From contig JAGONC010000004.1 in NCBI GenBank assembly GCA_017993235.1, forward strand, positions 24,873 through 88,872: DNA of 64,000 bases. Reading direction: 5' to 3'. Below the pieces are notes generated by a model. The model was not told where the DNA came from and did no database searches. It was given only the letters and a program-made list of their open reading frames with translations. The stretch is from Lentimicrobiaceae bacterium (lineage in GTDB: Bacteria > Bacteroidota > Bacteroidia > Bacteroidales > JAGONC01). Positions within the stretch are counted from its first letter, which is position 1. Each line of letters starts with the position of its first letter. Position numbers and translations under genes: made by a program. Positions 57,048 to 64,000 of this stretch are shown here, piece by piece.

Positions 57048-60000
57048 TCAGAAAGCTGCTGAAATGCCAAAAGTGACCGACATCGTGCCCGGTAGCGCTC
57101 CCCATTCAAATCCCTGGGCATTGCCCGATCCCATAAGACCCTCGGGATTGATCTTATCGGGCAGGGTGGTGTAAATGTAAAACAGGTCCCTGCCGGCAAT
57201 GGACAGGGTCAGGTTCTGGAAAATCCTGTTTTTTTCGATAATTTTTTGTGGGAGGGAATACGACAGGGATATCTCTCTCATTTTTACCCATGAATTCTCA
57301 AGGATACCCGGTGTCGACAGGAATTTACCCCAGCCTCCCGCGTTGGGCAGGTATTTATAATAGTAATGTACAATCCGGTCATTGGGTGTTCCATCTGCAT
57401 ACACTCCATCGAGGATGATCCCGATATTGGACGTGTTCCCATCGGGATCCGTGTAGGGAAGCCCCCCACCTTCCCTTTCCAACAGGGTCTCAGGGCTTTG
57501 CCCGGTCTGGAGTGCAATGACATAGGATCCGCAGTAGATCTCGCCTCCCCACTTGGTGTCGAGCAATACCACCAGCCTGAGATCCTTGTAAACAAACTCC
57601 GATTGCCATCCGGCAATGAAATCCGGCGAGGCATTTCCGATAGGGACACGGGTGTCGGTGATCAGGTATTTCGTCCCTTCTTCATTAACGATGGGCTGAC
57701 CATTTTCGTGGTATACATAATCGTAACCGTAAATCGTTCCGTATTCATCCCCTTCCCGCAAGGCCATGGCGGGGCCGTTTAGGCCCCAGATATCGGCAAG
57801 GGGATATACTTCCGCATTTTCCCCAAGACTCTCCACGTAATTGCGGTTTCGCGAAAAATTGATACCGGATTTGATCAGGAAATCTTTTTTCTGTAAGGGA
57901 ACCGTGTTGAGGATGATCTCAAATCCGTAATTCGTAATGATCCCTTCATTGATGGTGATTTTTTGTGCGCCTGACGAAGTGGGTATCGGAAGACCCTCCA
58001 GGATCTGGGAATAGCAATATTTGTTGTAATAGGTGAAATCCAGGTCAATACGATTCTCAAAAAGACCGAGGTTCAAGCCGGCTTCCCATGAATTCACCCG
58101 CTGGGGCAATAACTCGATCGGGGGGATGACATCCGGGAATGATGCGGTTTGTTCTCCTCCAAATAAACCCGAATTATAATTGAAGTCGAGCATATAGGGC
58201 TCGGTGTCGGTGGCCGTATGTGACCATCCTCCCCTGATCTTCATGAAGTTGAGCCAGTTTAATTTCTCCTGGATCTTAAAGGCTTCTGTTGCAACAAAGC
58301 TTAAAGAAATGGAAGGATAGAAATACGAATTGCTCTCAGGCGGCAGGGTCGATGACCAGTCATTCCGTCCTGTGGCCTCCAGGAAAAGGTAATTTCCATA
58401 GGATAGGTTCAGGAACGTGTATACCGAATTATTCCTTTCCTGCTTGATGGATTCACCCGGTACCATTCCTCCCGGGGAATCGCCAGCATTTTCAAGGATA
58501 ACCTCGCCATCTGCATTGGTGATATAGGTGGGTGATGTATAGTTATCAAAGGTGTAACGGTTAGGGAAGTACCATTGTCCCGAATGGCCCCGTATTTCAT
58601 ATAAGCGATAGTCCCAGCGGCTGGCTCCCAGCGTGAATTTCACATTCACCCTGGAATGGAGGATGTTGTCCTTATAGGCAGTGATCATTCCCTCAAAGAT
58701 ATCCGAGTACGTCCTGTTCAGGCTGTTGGCGTAATAACCACCCTTGATACCCAATACATCGATGGGCTTATTCCGTGTGGTGTACTGATCGAGATTGAAA
58801 TCCCTGCCTGCCCGACCGGTAAGGTTCAGCCAGGAAGTAACGTCATAGGTCAGGCTCAGCGCACCCAGGTATTTATCCCTTTTCAGGGTCGTGTTATTAT
58901 TGTAAAAATTCCACCAGAGTGTCGGATTGATGTATAAAAAAGGATATCCTTCCTGGGGATTCTGAGAACCATCGGGATATGCATAGAATTCCCGGTCGAT
59001 GCCCTGGTAACTCCTTGCCCAGGAATAGAGAAATCCCTTGCTGAAGGAATCTGCAGATTCACCCAGCATAGGGCTGTTCAACCGGTTGTAGTTGATATAG
59101 GATAAACTGACGTCAACGGTAACTTTAGAAGAGATTTTCAGGTTTGCACCCAGGTTGATCGTGGTACGGTCAAAATCACTGTTGTCAATGATAGCCTGGT
59201 TATCCTGCCGGGTGATGGAAACGCGGATGCTTCCTTTTTCATTTCCGCCCGACGCAGCGATATTATGCGTCTGGGTATAGCCATCCTGGAATACCGACTC
59301 ATAATTATCGGGCTGGGGAGAGTAAGCCCGCATCCTGCCGTCCCACCATTTGACCATCTGTCCTTCCATTTTAGGCCCCCAGGAAACCGCAGATCCGTAA
59401 TAACCAAACTCCTCGGTGGTCGACCGTGTGTCGCCATCCTGGTTGATGATCAGGTTATCGGTACCATAGATCCCCGGGTAGAGCAACGTATCGCCGGCCT
59501 TGGGGAAAGTGGGCGGAGTGAATGAGATGGGCCCGCCGGCGCCGTAAGTGTTCTGCATTTCCCTGAACCGGTAGGGATGAACCCACTTGTAGCTGTAACT
59601 GTACGAAACGCCAATGCCTTCCTGTTTCTTTCCTTTTTTTGTGGTAATGAGGATCACACCATTGGCTCCTTTCGAACCATAGAGCGCGGAGGCGGCACCG
59701 CCCTTCAGAACCGTATAGGTCTCAATATCCAGTGAATTGATGTCCGAAATGGAATTACCCCAGTCAACGCCTCTTCCGATATTCTCCAGCCCCGGAATAT
59801 TTTCCATGGGTACATTGTCCACCACGATCAGCGGCTGGTTTCTGCCGCTCAGGGTATTGTTGCCGCGGATGACAATCCGGGTCGAGCCTCCCTCCACACC
59901 ATCTCCCTGTGACACCTGCACACCCGCCACACGACCAGCAATGGCATTCAGAATATTGGGGGAATTTGACCTGGCCAACACTTCCGGCTCAATCCGCTCG

Positions 60001-60368
60001 GTCGAATAACCGATCTCCCGTTCCTGCCGCTTCACTCCCAGTGCAGTGACCACAAATTCTTCCAGTTCACGTGCGGACATTTTAAGAACCACGTTGATCA
60101 AGGATTGCTGAAGAACGGGTATATCAACCGTCAGATAACCAATGTAACTAAACTGCAATGTGTCCTCTGGCAATACACCCGTCAAGGAATAATTCCCATC
60201 CAGATCCGTTGCCGTTCCTTTCACCGTACCCCTTACCATTACCGCTACTCCTGGTATTCCATTCCGGTCATCCTCGGCGGTGACTTTTCCTTTTATGGTT
60301 TTGGTTTGTGAAAAAACAAGACCGGAGATTATGGTCAACAAGATGATCAAAATGGTTCTGACGCTCAT
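57048..60368 (-). CDS. SusC/RagA-family TonB-dependent outer membrane transporter
   Basis: Carboxypeptidase-regulatory-like domain (IKGKVTAEDDRNGIPGVAVMVRGT), plug domain, about 1100 aa barrel ending ...TFGISAAF. Confidence 0.9.
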   Translation of the reverse strand: MSVRTILIILLTIISGLVFSQTKTIKGKVTAEDDRNGIPGVAVMVRGTVKGTATDLDGNYSLTGVLPEDTLQFSYIGYLTVDIPVLQQSLINVVLKMSARELEEFVVTALGVKRQEREIGYSTERIEPEVLARSNSPNILNAIAGRVAGVQVSQGDGVEGGSTRIVIRGNNTLSGRNQPLIVVDNVPMENIPGLENIGRGVDWGNSISDINSLDIETYTVLKGGAASALYGSKGANGVILITTKKGKKQEGIGVSYSYSYKWVHPYRFREMQNTYGAGGPISFTPPTFPKAGDTLLYPGIYGTDNLIINQDGDTRSTTEEFGYYGSAVSWGPKMEGQMVKWWDGRMRAYSPQPDNYESVFQDGYTQTHNIAASGGNEKGSIRVSITRQDNQAIIDNSDFDRTTINLGANLKISSKVTVDVSLSYINYNRLNSPMLGESADSFSKGFLYSWARSYQGIDREFYAYPDGSQNPQEGYPFLYINPTLWWNFYNNNTTLKRDKYLGALSLTYDVTSWLNLTGRAGRDFNLDQYTTRNKPIDVLGIKGGYYANSLNRTYSDIFEGMITAYKDNILHSRVNVKFTLGASRWDYRLYEIRGHSGQWYFPNRYTFDNYTSPTYITNADGEVILENAGDSPGGMVPGESIKQERNNSVYTFLNLSYGNYLFLEATGRNDWSSTLPPESNSYFYPSISLSFVATEAFKIQEKLNWLNFMKIRGGWSHTATDTEPYMLDFNYNSGLFGGEQTASFPDVIPPIELLPQRVNSWEAGLNLGLFENRIDLDFTYYNKYCYSQILEGLPIPTSSGAQKITINEGIITNYGFEIILNTVPLQKKDFLIKSGINFSRNRNYVESLGENAEVYPLADIWGLNGPAMALREGDEYGTIYGYDYVYHENGQPIVNEEGTKYLITDTRVPIGNASPDFIAGWQSEFVYKDLRLVVLLDTKWGGEIYCGSYVIALQTGQSPETLLEREGGGLPYTDPDGNTSNIGIILDGVYADGTPNDRIVHYYYKYLPNAGGWGKFLSTPGILENSWVKMREISLSYSLPQKIIEKNRIFQNLTLSIAGRDLFYIYTTLPDKINPEGLMGSGNAQGFEWGALPGTMSVTFGISAAF

Positions 60369-60446
60369 GATGCTGATGAATTTAAACCTTCCTGATTTGG
60401 ATCCTTTCAGAATTAGTACAGAAAACATACGACTCTTCATGGTAGC

Positions 60447-62954
60447 CTATTGAACAACAAGTTTTTTGACTTTAATATCCTGATCATTCCTTACCTGAAG
60501 AATATAGATACCCCGGCTGTAAGCAGTCAGTGTGAGCATTCGGTCTTCTCCCTGCCAATCGAAGTGTTCCAACAGATCCCCATCTATGGTAAAAATTTCA
60601 ACCACAAAGGATTCGTTCTTTTTACTGCCGGACATGGATAACAGGGTCTGATTGGTTGCCGGATTCGGATAAAGCACGATCTCCGACATCGTTTGTTCCC
60701 CATTGACTCCGACAAACAGTGAATTGCTGTAGGAGATAAGGTTGCCGGAGATCAGCAGGTAGGGATTATAGGTGTCGCTGCAATTTGAACAGGTCACACC
60801 TGTAATACAATCAGGATGATTGGGGTGGCACAGGTCGACATAATCCGGATCAAATTCGTAGCCGATAATCACGTCCGACATGTTCACAAAGGGAGTGAAA
60901 TCGTAATCATAGACGTAACTGATCGAACCCGGGCACCAACCTGCGCGGTTGTAATACCAGGTTCCGTTTTGAGGCTGGCATCCATCGGGATTGGGATTGC
61001 AGTCCACCCACAGGTTTTGTTCAAATATACTGATCGCATTGACAAGGATATGGTGTGTGGCATTGTAGAATTCTGCTGCATTCCCTGTATTCAGGTCTCC
61101 CCAGTTATGGCCGGTGCTAATCATCTTCAGGCGGGCACCTGCCGTACCCTGCTGGAAATTCCAGGTTACGGGTTCAACGGGCTGGAGATCAGCATAATCC
61201 CCGAACGGATAACTTCCCCTCCAGATAACATCCACCCATGAGTAGTCGTAGGATGGCTGACCTTCTGCAAATGTCAGATCCACGTCCGTTATCAGGCCGT
61301 TCTGATAGGTTTCAATATAAAACCGCATATCCACGATTCCCTGGAAGATGGAGGCATAGTCGGTAACGTCAATCTGATGTTCGCAGGGCACACCGTAAGG
61401 TGTGATGTACCGGAGTATCTCCACCCACTTTCCAGTCGGATCTTTGGCTTCGACATAGCCAATGCGGTCCCAGGGCTCACATCCTGCCTCCGGACAGGTT
61501 ACAGCCAGGTGAAGCGTAATTGGGTTGAATGTTCCGACATAGGTTGGAAAAACGAACGATCCTTCGGCCAGGTTCTCTTCAGGGTTGATCCATACCCCGT
61601 CAAATGCAGGATGAGTGACTGTTGTAACGTTATCGGTCACGATGAAGGTGGCTGACTGAACAGTAAGGTTGCCTCCTGTGATTTCAACGCTGACATTCAA
61701 TGTATAGGTTCCAAAATCCGGTGGGGTCCAGGATGCAGTATAATTTCCGGTTTGCCAGTCTGCAACGTTCGTAAGTTGCTGCCCGTCAACATTAAAATCA
61801 ATGCTGGTGATGTTCAGGACTTCAGAGTGGTCAACGGTAGTGGTTATAACCGTCATGATCTCTTTGAGCTCATGCATATATACGGTTGTGGCATCTGCTG
61901 GTCTTCGTATGGTCACCTCAGGCCAATACGCGAAGGGGTCGACAACTTCGAACGTGTTGACCACCTCAGGTGCAGGAGCCCAGATATCATCGCCAGGCTG
62001 AATTGCCTTGATGGAAACCATTCCGGCTGTTCCCTCCAGGGTCAGCATATTGCCGGATATCGTCGCCGGTCCTGACGTAACTTCATAGGACACTTCCAGA
62101 CCGGAAGATGCTGTGGCATTCAGTTCAAAAGATGAATCAGTGGTAAGTTTGTTGGGGATGAAAGGGAAGTTGATGAATTGTGATTGTCCTGTTTGCTCCG
62201 AATGGCGCAGAACGAAGTTATCAAATACGCCGGTGCCTCCCTGTGAATGGAAAAAAATGCCATCCCAGACCGCACAGTCGTTTTTGTCTCCTGAACCAGG
62301 GGTTAGTTGCATGTTTACGCCCTGGATCTCGGGAACGGCAAGCCAATCTCCGATGGTGCCGATCTTATAAAAAAGTGCAACAGCGCCCGAGCCGCCGTTG
62401 GCATCAACGTCCATGACCAGCTTATAGGCAGTCCAGGAAGGATTTTCAATAGCAAAAGGGATGGTCGTGCCATTCGGCAACACAAGATAGGTCCTTGTTG
62501 TGGGATCTACGTTACCCGCGTTGACAAAGATCCCTCCATCGTCCGGTTCAGTATCTAGTCCCGGCGCGATCAGTCCATCAGCATCCGCATCATATCCCAG
62601 GCCTAAAAAAACGCCCCACCAGTTGGTATGCATTTGCCACTCCAGTTCATACACGCCTCCCTCCTGAAAATCAATGGTAAAATCGGGCTGGGATTTTCGG
62701 GTGGCCGTTCGGCCAACACCGGGGCCCCCGAACCAGTAAAAAACGGCATTCGTGCCGTCAGGGGAAACAATCCCGTCACCAGAAAGATTTACCTGGAAGT
62801 CGTCATTCCCATTCACCTGTTTGATGGTTTTCCATCCATCCTGGCCGTCAAGGTTACCCAATTCAAGACCGTTGAAATCATATAGTTGCTCGACCTGTGC
62901 ATTGACAAAGAGGAAAAAAAACAATCCTGAAAACAAAAAGTAAATTTTTCTCAT
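60447..62954 (-). CDS. Lectin-like + Ig-like + PNGase F-like protein with T9SS C-terminal domain (paralog of 52830..55337)
   Basis: CEPWDRIGYVEAKDPTGKWVEILRYITPY, STGHNWGDLNTGNAAEFYNATHHILVNA, NRAGWCPG. T9SS CTD (LYPNPATNQTLLSM...GIYILQVRN...KKLVVQ). The start is trimmed to the ATG at 62954. Confidence 0.8.
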   Translation of the reverse strand: MRKIYFLFSGLFFFLFVNAQVEQLYDFNGLELGNLDGQDGWKTIKQVNGNDDFQVNLSGDGIVSPDGTNAVFYWFGGPGVGRTATRKSQPDFTIDFQEGGVYELEWQMHTNWWGVFLGLGYDADADGLIAPGLDTEPDDGGIFVNAGNVDPTTRTYLVLPNGTTIPFAIENPSWTAYKLVMDVDANGGSGAVALFYKIGTIGDWLAVPEIQGVNMQLTPGSGDKNDCAVWDGIFFHSQGGTGVFDNFVLRHSEQTGQSQFINFPFIPNKLTTDSSFELNATASSGLEVSYEVTSGPATISGNMLTLEGTAGMVSIKAIQPGDDIWAPAPEVVNTFEVVDPFAYWPEVTIRRPADATTVYMHELKEIMTVITTTVDHSEVLNITSIDFNVDGQQLTNVADWQTGNYTASWTPPDFGTYTLNVSVEITGGNLTVQSATFIVTDNVTTVTHPAFDGVWINPEENLAEGSFVFPTYVGTFNPITLHLAVTCPEAGCEPWDRIGYVEAKDPTGKWVEILRYITPYGVPCEHQIDVTDYASIFQGIVDMRFYIETYQNGLITDVDLTFAEGQPSYDYSWVDVIWRGSYPFGDYADLQPVEPVTWNFQQGTAGARLKMISTGHNWGDLNTGNAAEFYNATHHILVNAISIFEQNLWVDCNPNPDGCQPQNGTWYYNRAGWCPGSISYVYDYDFTPFVNMSDVIIGYEFDPDYVDLCHPNHPDCITGVTCSNCSDTYNPYLLISGNLISYSNSLFVGVNGEQTMSEIVLYPNPATNQTLLSMSGSKKNESFVVEIFTIDGDLLEHFDWQGEDRMLTLTAYSRGIYILQVRNDQDIKVKKLVVQ

Positions 62955-63043
62955 CGATATGTATTTTAGATGAATTACATTTCCGGCTATGAAATTAGGA
63001 AAAAAATCATTCAAAAAGAGCAAAGGGTAAAGAGCAAAAAGAA

Positions 63044-63072
63044 AGAGGGTGTATCAAAAGTGAGCACCCTCT
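63044..63072. terminator. Weak hairpin with T-rich runs on both strands (possible bidirectional terminator)
   Basis: AGAGGGTG (63044-51) pairs with CACCCTCT (63065-72) across a 13-nt loop. It is followed by TTTGTTTT on the plus strand and TTCTTTTTGCTCTTT on the minus strand. Confidence 0.3.
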
Positions 63073-63116
63073 TTTGTTTTCCCCTCTTTCGATTCCTTAA
63101 TCCTGTTTATTATTCG

Positions 63117-63406
63117 TTTTTTGCTCCCCGGCCGCTGGGCCGCACCATCGCAATGCGACTGCGCCTGGTGCTATCTCACTTCGTTCGATTGCCCCGGCCA
63201 GGTTGCTCTCTGGCCGGGGCACCCCACCAGCCAAGGTCGCTTATGCGATGGTTGGGATGAGTCAGCCCGACCACAATACCATCAACCGCTTATGGCGGAG
63301 CAACCTAGGAAAGCGGACTGAGGCCTGAGGGCTGTGCCCGAAGGACCGAGGGAGCTTTCCAGTTGCGGAGCCATAACGCGGCCCAGCGGCCGTGGAGCAA
63401 AAAAAA
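63117..63406. other. GC-rich, highly self-complementary element of about 290 nt (candidate structured ncRNA or MITE-like palindromic element)
   Basis: 21-nt terminal arms at 63123-63143 and 63378-63398 are reverse complements with one mismatch, extended by T6 and A8. There are several internal perfect stems. My hand count gives 179 G+C out of 276. Confidence 0.5.
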
Positions 63407-63435
63407 GGAGGCTGCCTCGAATTATGAGACAGCCT
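63399..63435 (-). terminator. Rho-independent terminator of tRNA-Pro
   Basis: The minus-strand RNA is AGGCUGUCUC-AUAAUUC-GAGGCAGCCU, a 10-bp stem including one G-U pair, followed by CC and U8. It starts 10 nt after the tRNA 3' end. Confidence 0.7.
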
Positions 63436-63445
63436 TCTGATTTTG

Positions 63446-63520
63446 TCGGGGTAGGGAGATTTGAACTCCCGACCTCCTGCTCCCAAAGCAGGCGCGCTAA
63501 CCGGACTACGCTATACCCCG
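63446..63520 (-). tRNA. tRNA-Pro (anticodon UGG)
   Basis: Hand-folded cloverleaf: CGGGGTA TA GCGT AGTCCGGTTA GCGC G CCTGC TTTGGGA GCAGG AGGTC GGGAG TTCAAAT CTCCC TACCCCG A. No encoded CCA. Confidence 0.92.
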
Positions 63521-63532
63521 AAGTGGGTGTGG

Positions 63533-63549
63533 GTGTCAGTGTGGGTGTG
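63533..63549. repeat. 17-nt direct repeat GTGTCAGTGTGGGTGTG (copy 1)
   Basis: Identical to 63694-63710. Each copy lies just 5' (on the minus strand) of a tRNA or tRNA-like sequence. Confidence 0.8.
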
Positions 63550-63560
63550 ATGATATTAAA

Positions 63561-63644
63561 GATTTGAACTCCCGACCTTCCCGACAAAGTCGGGACGCGC
63601 TAACCGGACGAAGTTTATCCCGTGTAACGGGACTATACCCGAAG
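63561..63644 (-). pseudogene. Degenerate tRNA-Pro-derived sequence (tRNA-like pseudogene)
   Basis: It shares 18 nt (GATTTGAACTCCCGACCT) and 13 nt (CGCGCTAACCGGA) exactly with tRNA-Pro. It has a 22-nt hairpin insertion in the D region, a replaced anticodon arm, and no 3' T-stem or acceptor strand. Confidence 0.6.
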
Positions 63645-63693
63645 CGGGTGTGTGGGCTTAGCTGGCTGAAGCTGATGAAGTCAGCGGAAGTCA

Positions 63694-63710
63694 GTGTCAG
63701 TGTGGGTGTG
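63694..63710. repeat. 17-nt direct repeat GTGTCAGTGTGGGTGTG (copy 2)
   Basis: Identical to 63533-63549, 161 nt away. Confidence 0.8.
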
Positions 63711-63736
63711 GTTATTATAAAGTATATCGTTGTTGT

Positions 63737-63778
63737 TGACTGCTGACTGCTGACTGTTGACTGCTGACTGCTGACTTT
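63737..63778. repeat. Six tandem heptamers (TGACTGC x2, TGACTGT, TGACTGC x2, TGACTTT)
   Basis: Read directly. It abuts the stop codon (63778-63780) of the four-helix-bundle gene. Confidence 0.85.
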
Positions 63779-64000
63779 CACTGTTTATCCATACTCCGGT
63801 ACATGGCTAACAGCATCTTTGAGCACTGCTCGTAACCATTGTAAATATCCTGGTAAAATTCTTCTTCCACCAGTTTCATCTCGTGCAGGAGATCCAGAAT
63901 GGCGGTGCACTCAAAAACAGATCCACGTGCCATCGTGTAGTAATGCTTCTTATCCTGTGTGCTCATCCTGCCCGTACCTTCCGCAAGATTGGTAAGAATG
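63778..64000 (-). CDS. Four-helix-bundle protein (23S rRNA intervening-sequence protein family), C-terminal part; 5' end beyond window
   Basis: The frame stays open upstream of the listed M: ...ILTNLAEGTGRMSTQDKKHYYTMARGSVFECTAILDLL..., matching the NIAEGxGR...ARGSxxE signature of that family. Confidence 0.75.
   Translation of the reverse strand, partial: ILTNLAEGTGRMSTQDKKHYYTMARGSVFECTAILDLLHEMKLVEEEFYQDIYNGYEQCSKMLLAMYRSMDKQ

Noticed and set aside
53314-61004. The 77-nt near-identical tracts as a diversity-generating retroelement template/variable pair
   Set aside because: No reverse transcriptase or accessory gene is in the window. The four mismatches are not adenine-specific on one copy (t/a, g/a, c/t, g/a). 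Both copies encode the most conserved catalytic-core motif, not a variable ligand-binding tip.
63117-63406. Calling the GC-rich element RNase P RNA, tmRNA, SRP RNA or 6S RNA
   Set aside because: It has no GAGGAAAGUCCGG / ACAGAAxCCGGCUUA P4 strands, no tRNA-like 3' end or tag-peptide reading frame ending in a ...LAA-type sequence, and no GGAAGCAGCC SRP domain-IV motif. It is also too short for RNase P. It is therefore left unassigned.
63121-63587. ORFs 63121..63321 (+), 63262..63486 (-), 63282..63587 (-) and 63334..63567 (+) as protein genes
   Set aside because: They run through the palindromic element, a terminator and the tRNA-Pro gene. The peptides are low-complexity (P/R/G/S/C) and have no start context.
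63561-63644. The second tRNA-like sequence as a functional tRNA-Lys(UUU)
   Set aside because: C replaces the near-invariant U33. The loop ends can pair to leave a 3-nt loop. A 22-nt insert disrupts the D arm. The 3' T-stem and acceptor strand are absent.
63737-63778. Heptamer repeats, or the GT-rich repeats at 63523-63549, as a CRISPR array
   Set aside because: The units are 7 nt with no spacers, and there is no repeat-spacer periodicity or cas gene. This is simple tandem repetition only.
1-64000. Search for defence systems, prophage or integrative elements, toxin-antitoxin pairs and RiPP clusters
   Set aside because: I found no nuclease/helicase/ATPase defence-type genes, integrase, transposase, phage structural genes, small paired TA-like ORFs or precursor-peptide/YcaO genes. 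The SagB-type gene stands alone in a PUL context.

Overview
The window looks like a Bacteroidota chromosomal segment. It has five proteins with T9SS-type C-terminal sorting domains, a SusC/SusD pair, an 11-subunit NDH-1 operon and an RND efflux operon. About 60 protein genes are packed densely. I found no rRNA, CRISPR array, integrase, transposase or reverse transcriptase. Main blocks, in order: (1) a PhzF-family fragment and an O-methyltransferase; (2) an ECF sigma / anti-sigma / lipoprotein / 1006-aa HExxH protein / PrsW block; (3) DoxX, a START-domain protein, ubiE, an ArnT-like GT-C, dcp; (4) a membrane protein plus wHTH pair followed by an RND efflux operon; (5) a DUF3127 protein with an SSB-like tail, an isochorismatase-family protein, two T9SS cargo proteins, DUF1684; (6) a carotenoid cluster (crtI, crtD-like, cruF-like, acyltransferase, GT2) with only half of a crtB; (7) a lipid-linked sugar module (flippase-like protein, ArnC-like GT2, UDP-GlcA 4-epimerase, second ArnT-like GT-C); (8) photolyase and nuoA-N without nuoEFG; (9) two secreted proteins that share an unnamed domain; (10) one long minus-strand operon with two PNGase F-like T9SS proteins flanking SusC/SusD, followed by a SagB-type lipoprotein; (11) a non-coding tail with tRNA-Pro, a degenerate tRNA-Pro-like copy, a roughly 65% GC palindromic element and simple repeats, ending in a partial four-helix-bundle gene. 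The best novelty candidates are the PNGase F-like PUL, the sigma/PrsW envelope block, the GC-rich structured element beside tRNA-Pro, and the putative polyprenyl-P-GalA module. All homology calls rest on motif recognition and recalled family knowledge, not on searches. Coordinates of trimmed starts were derived by hand.
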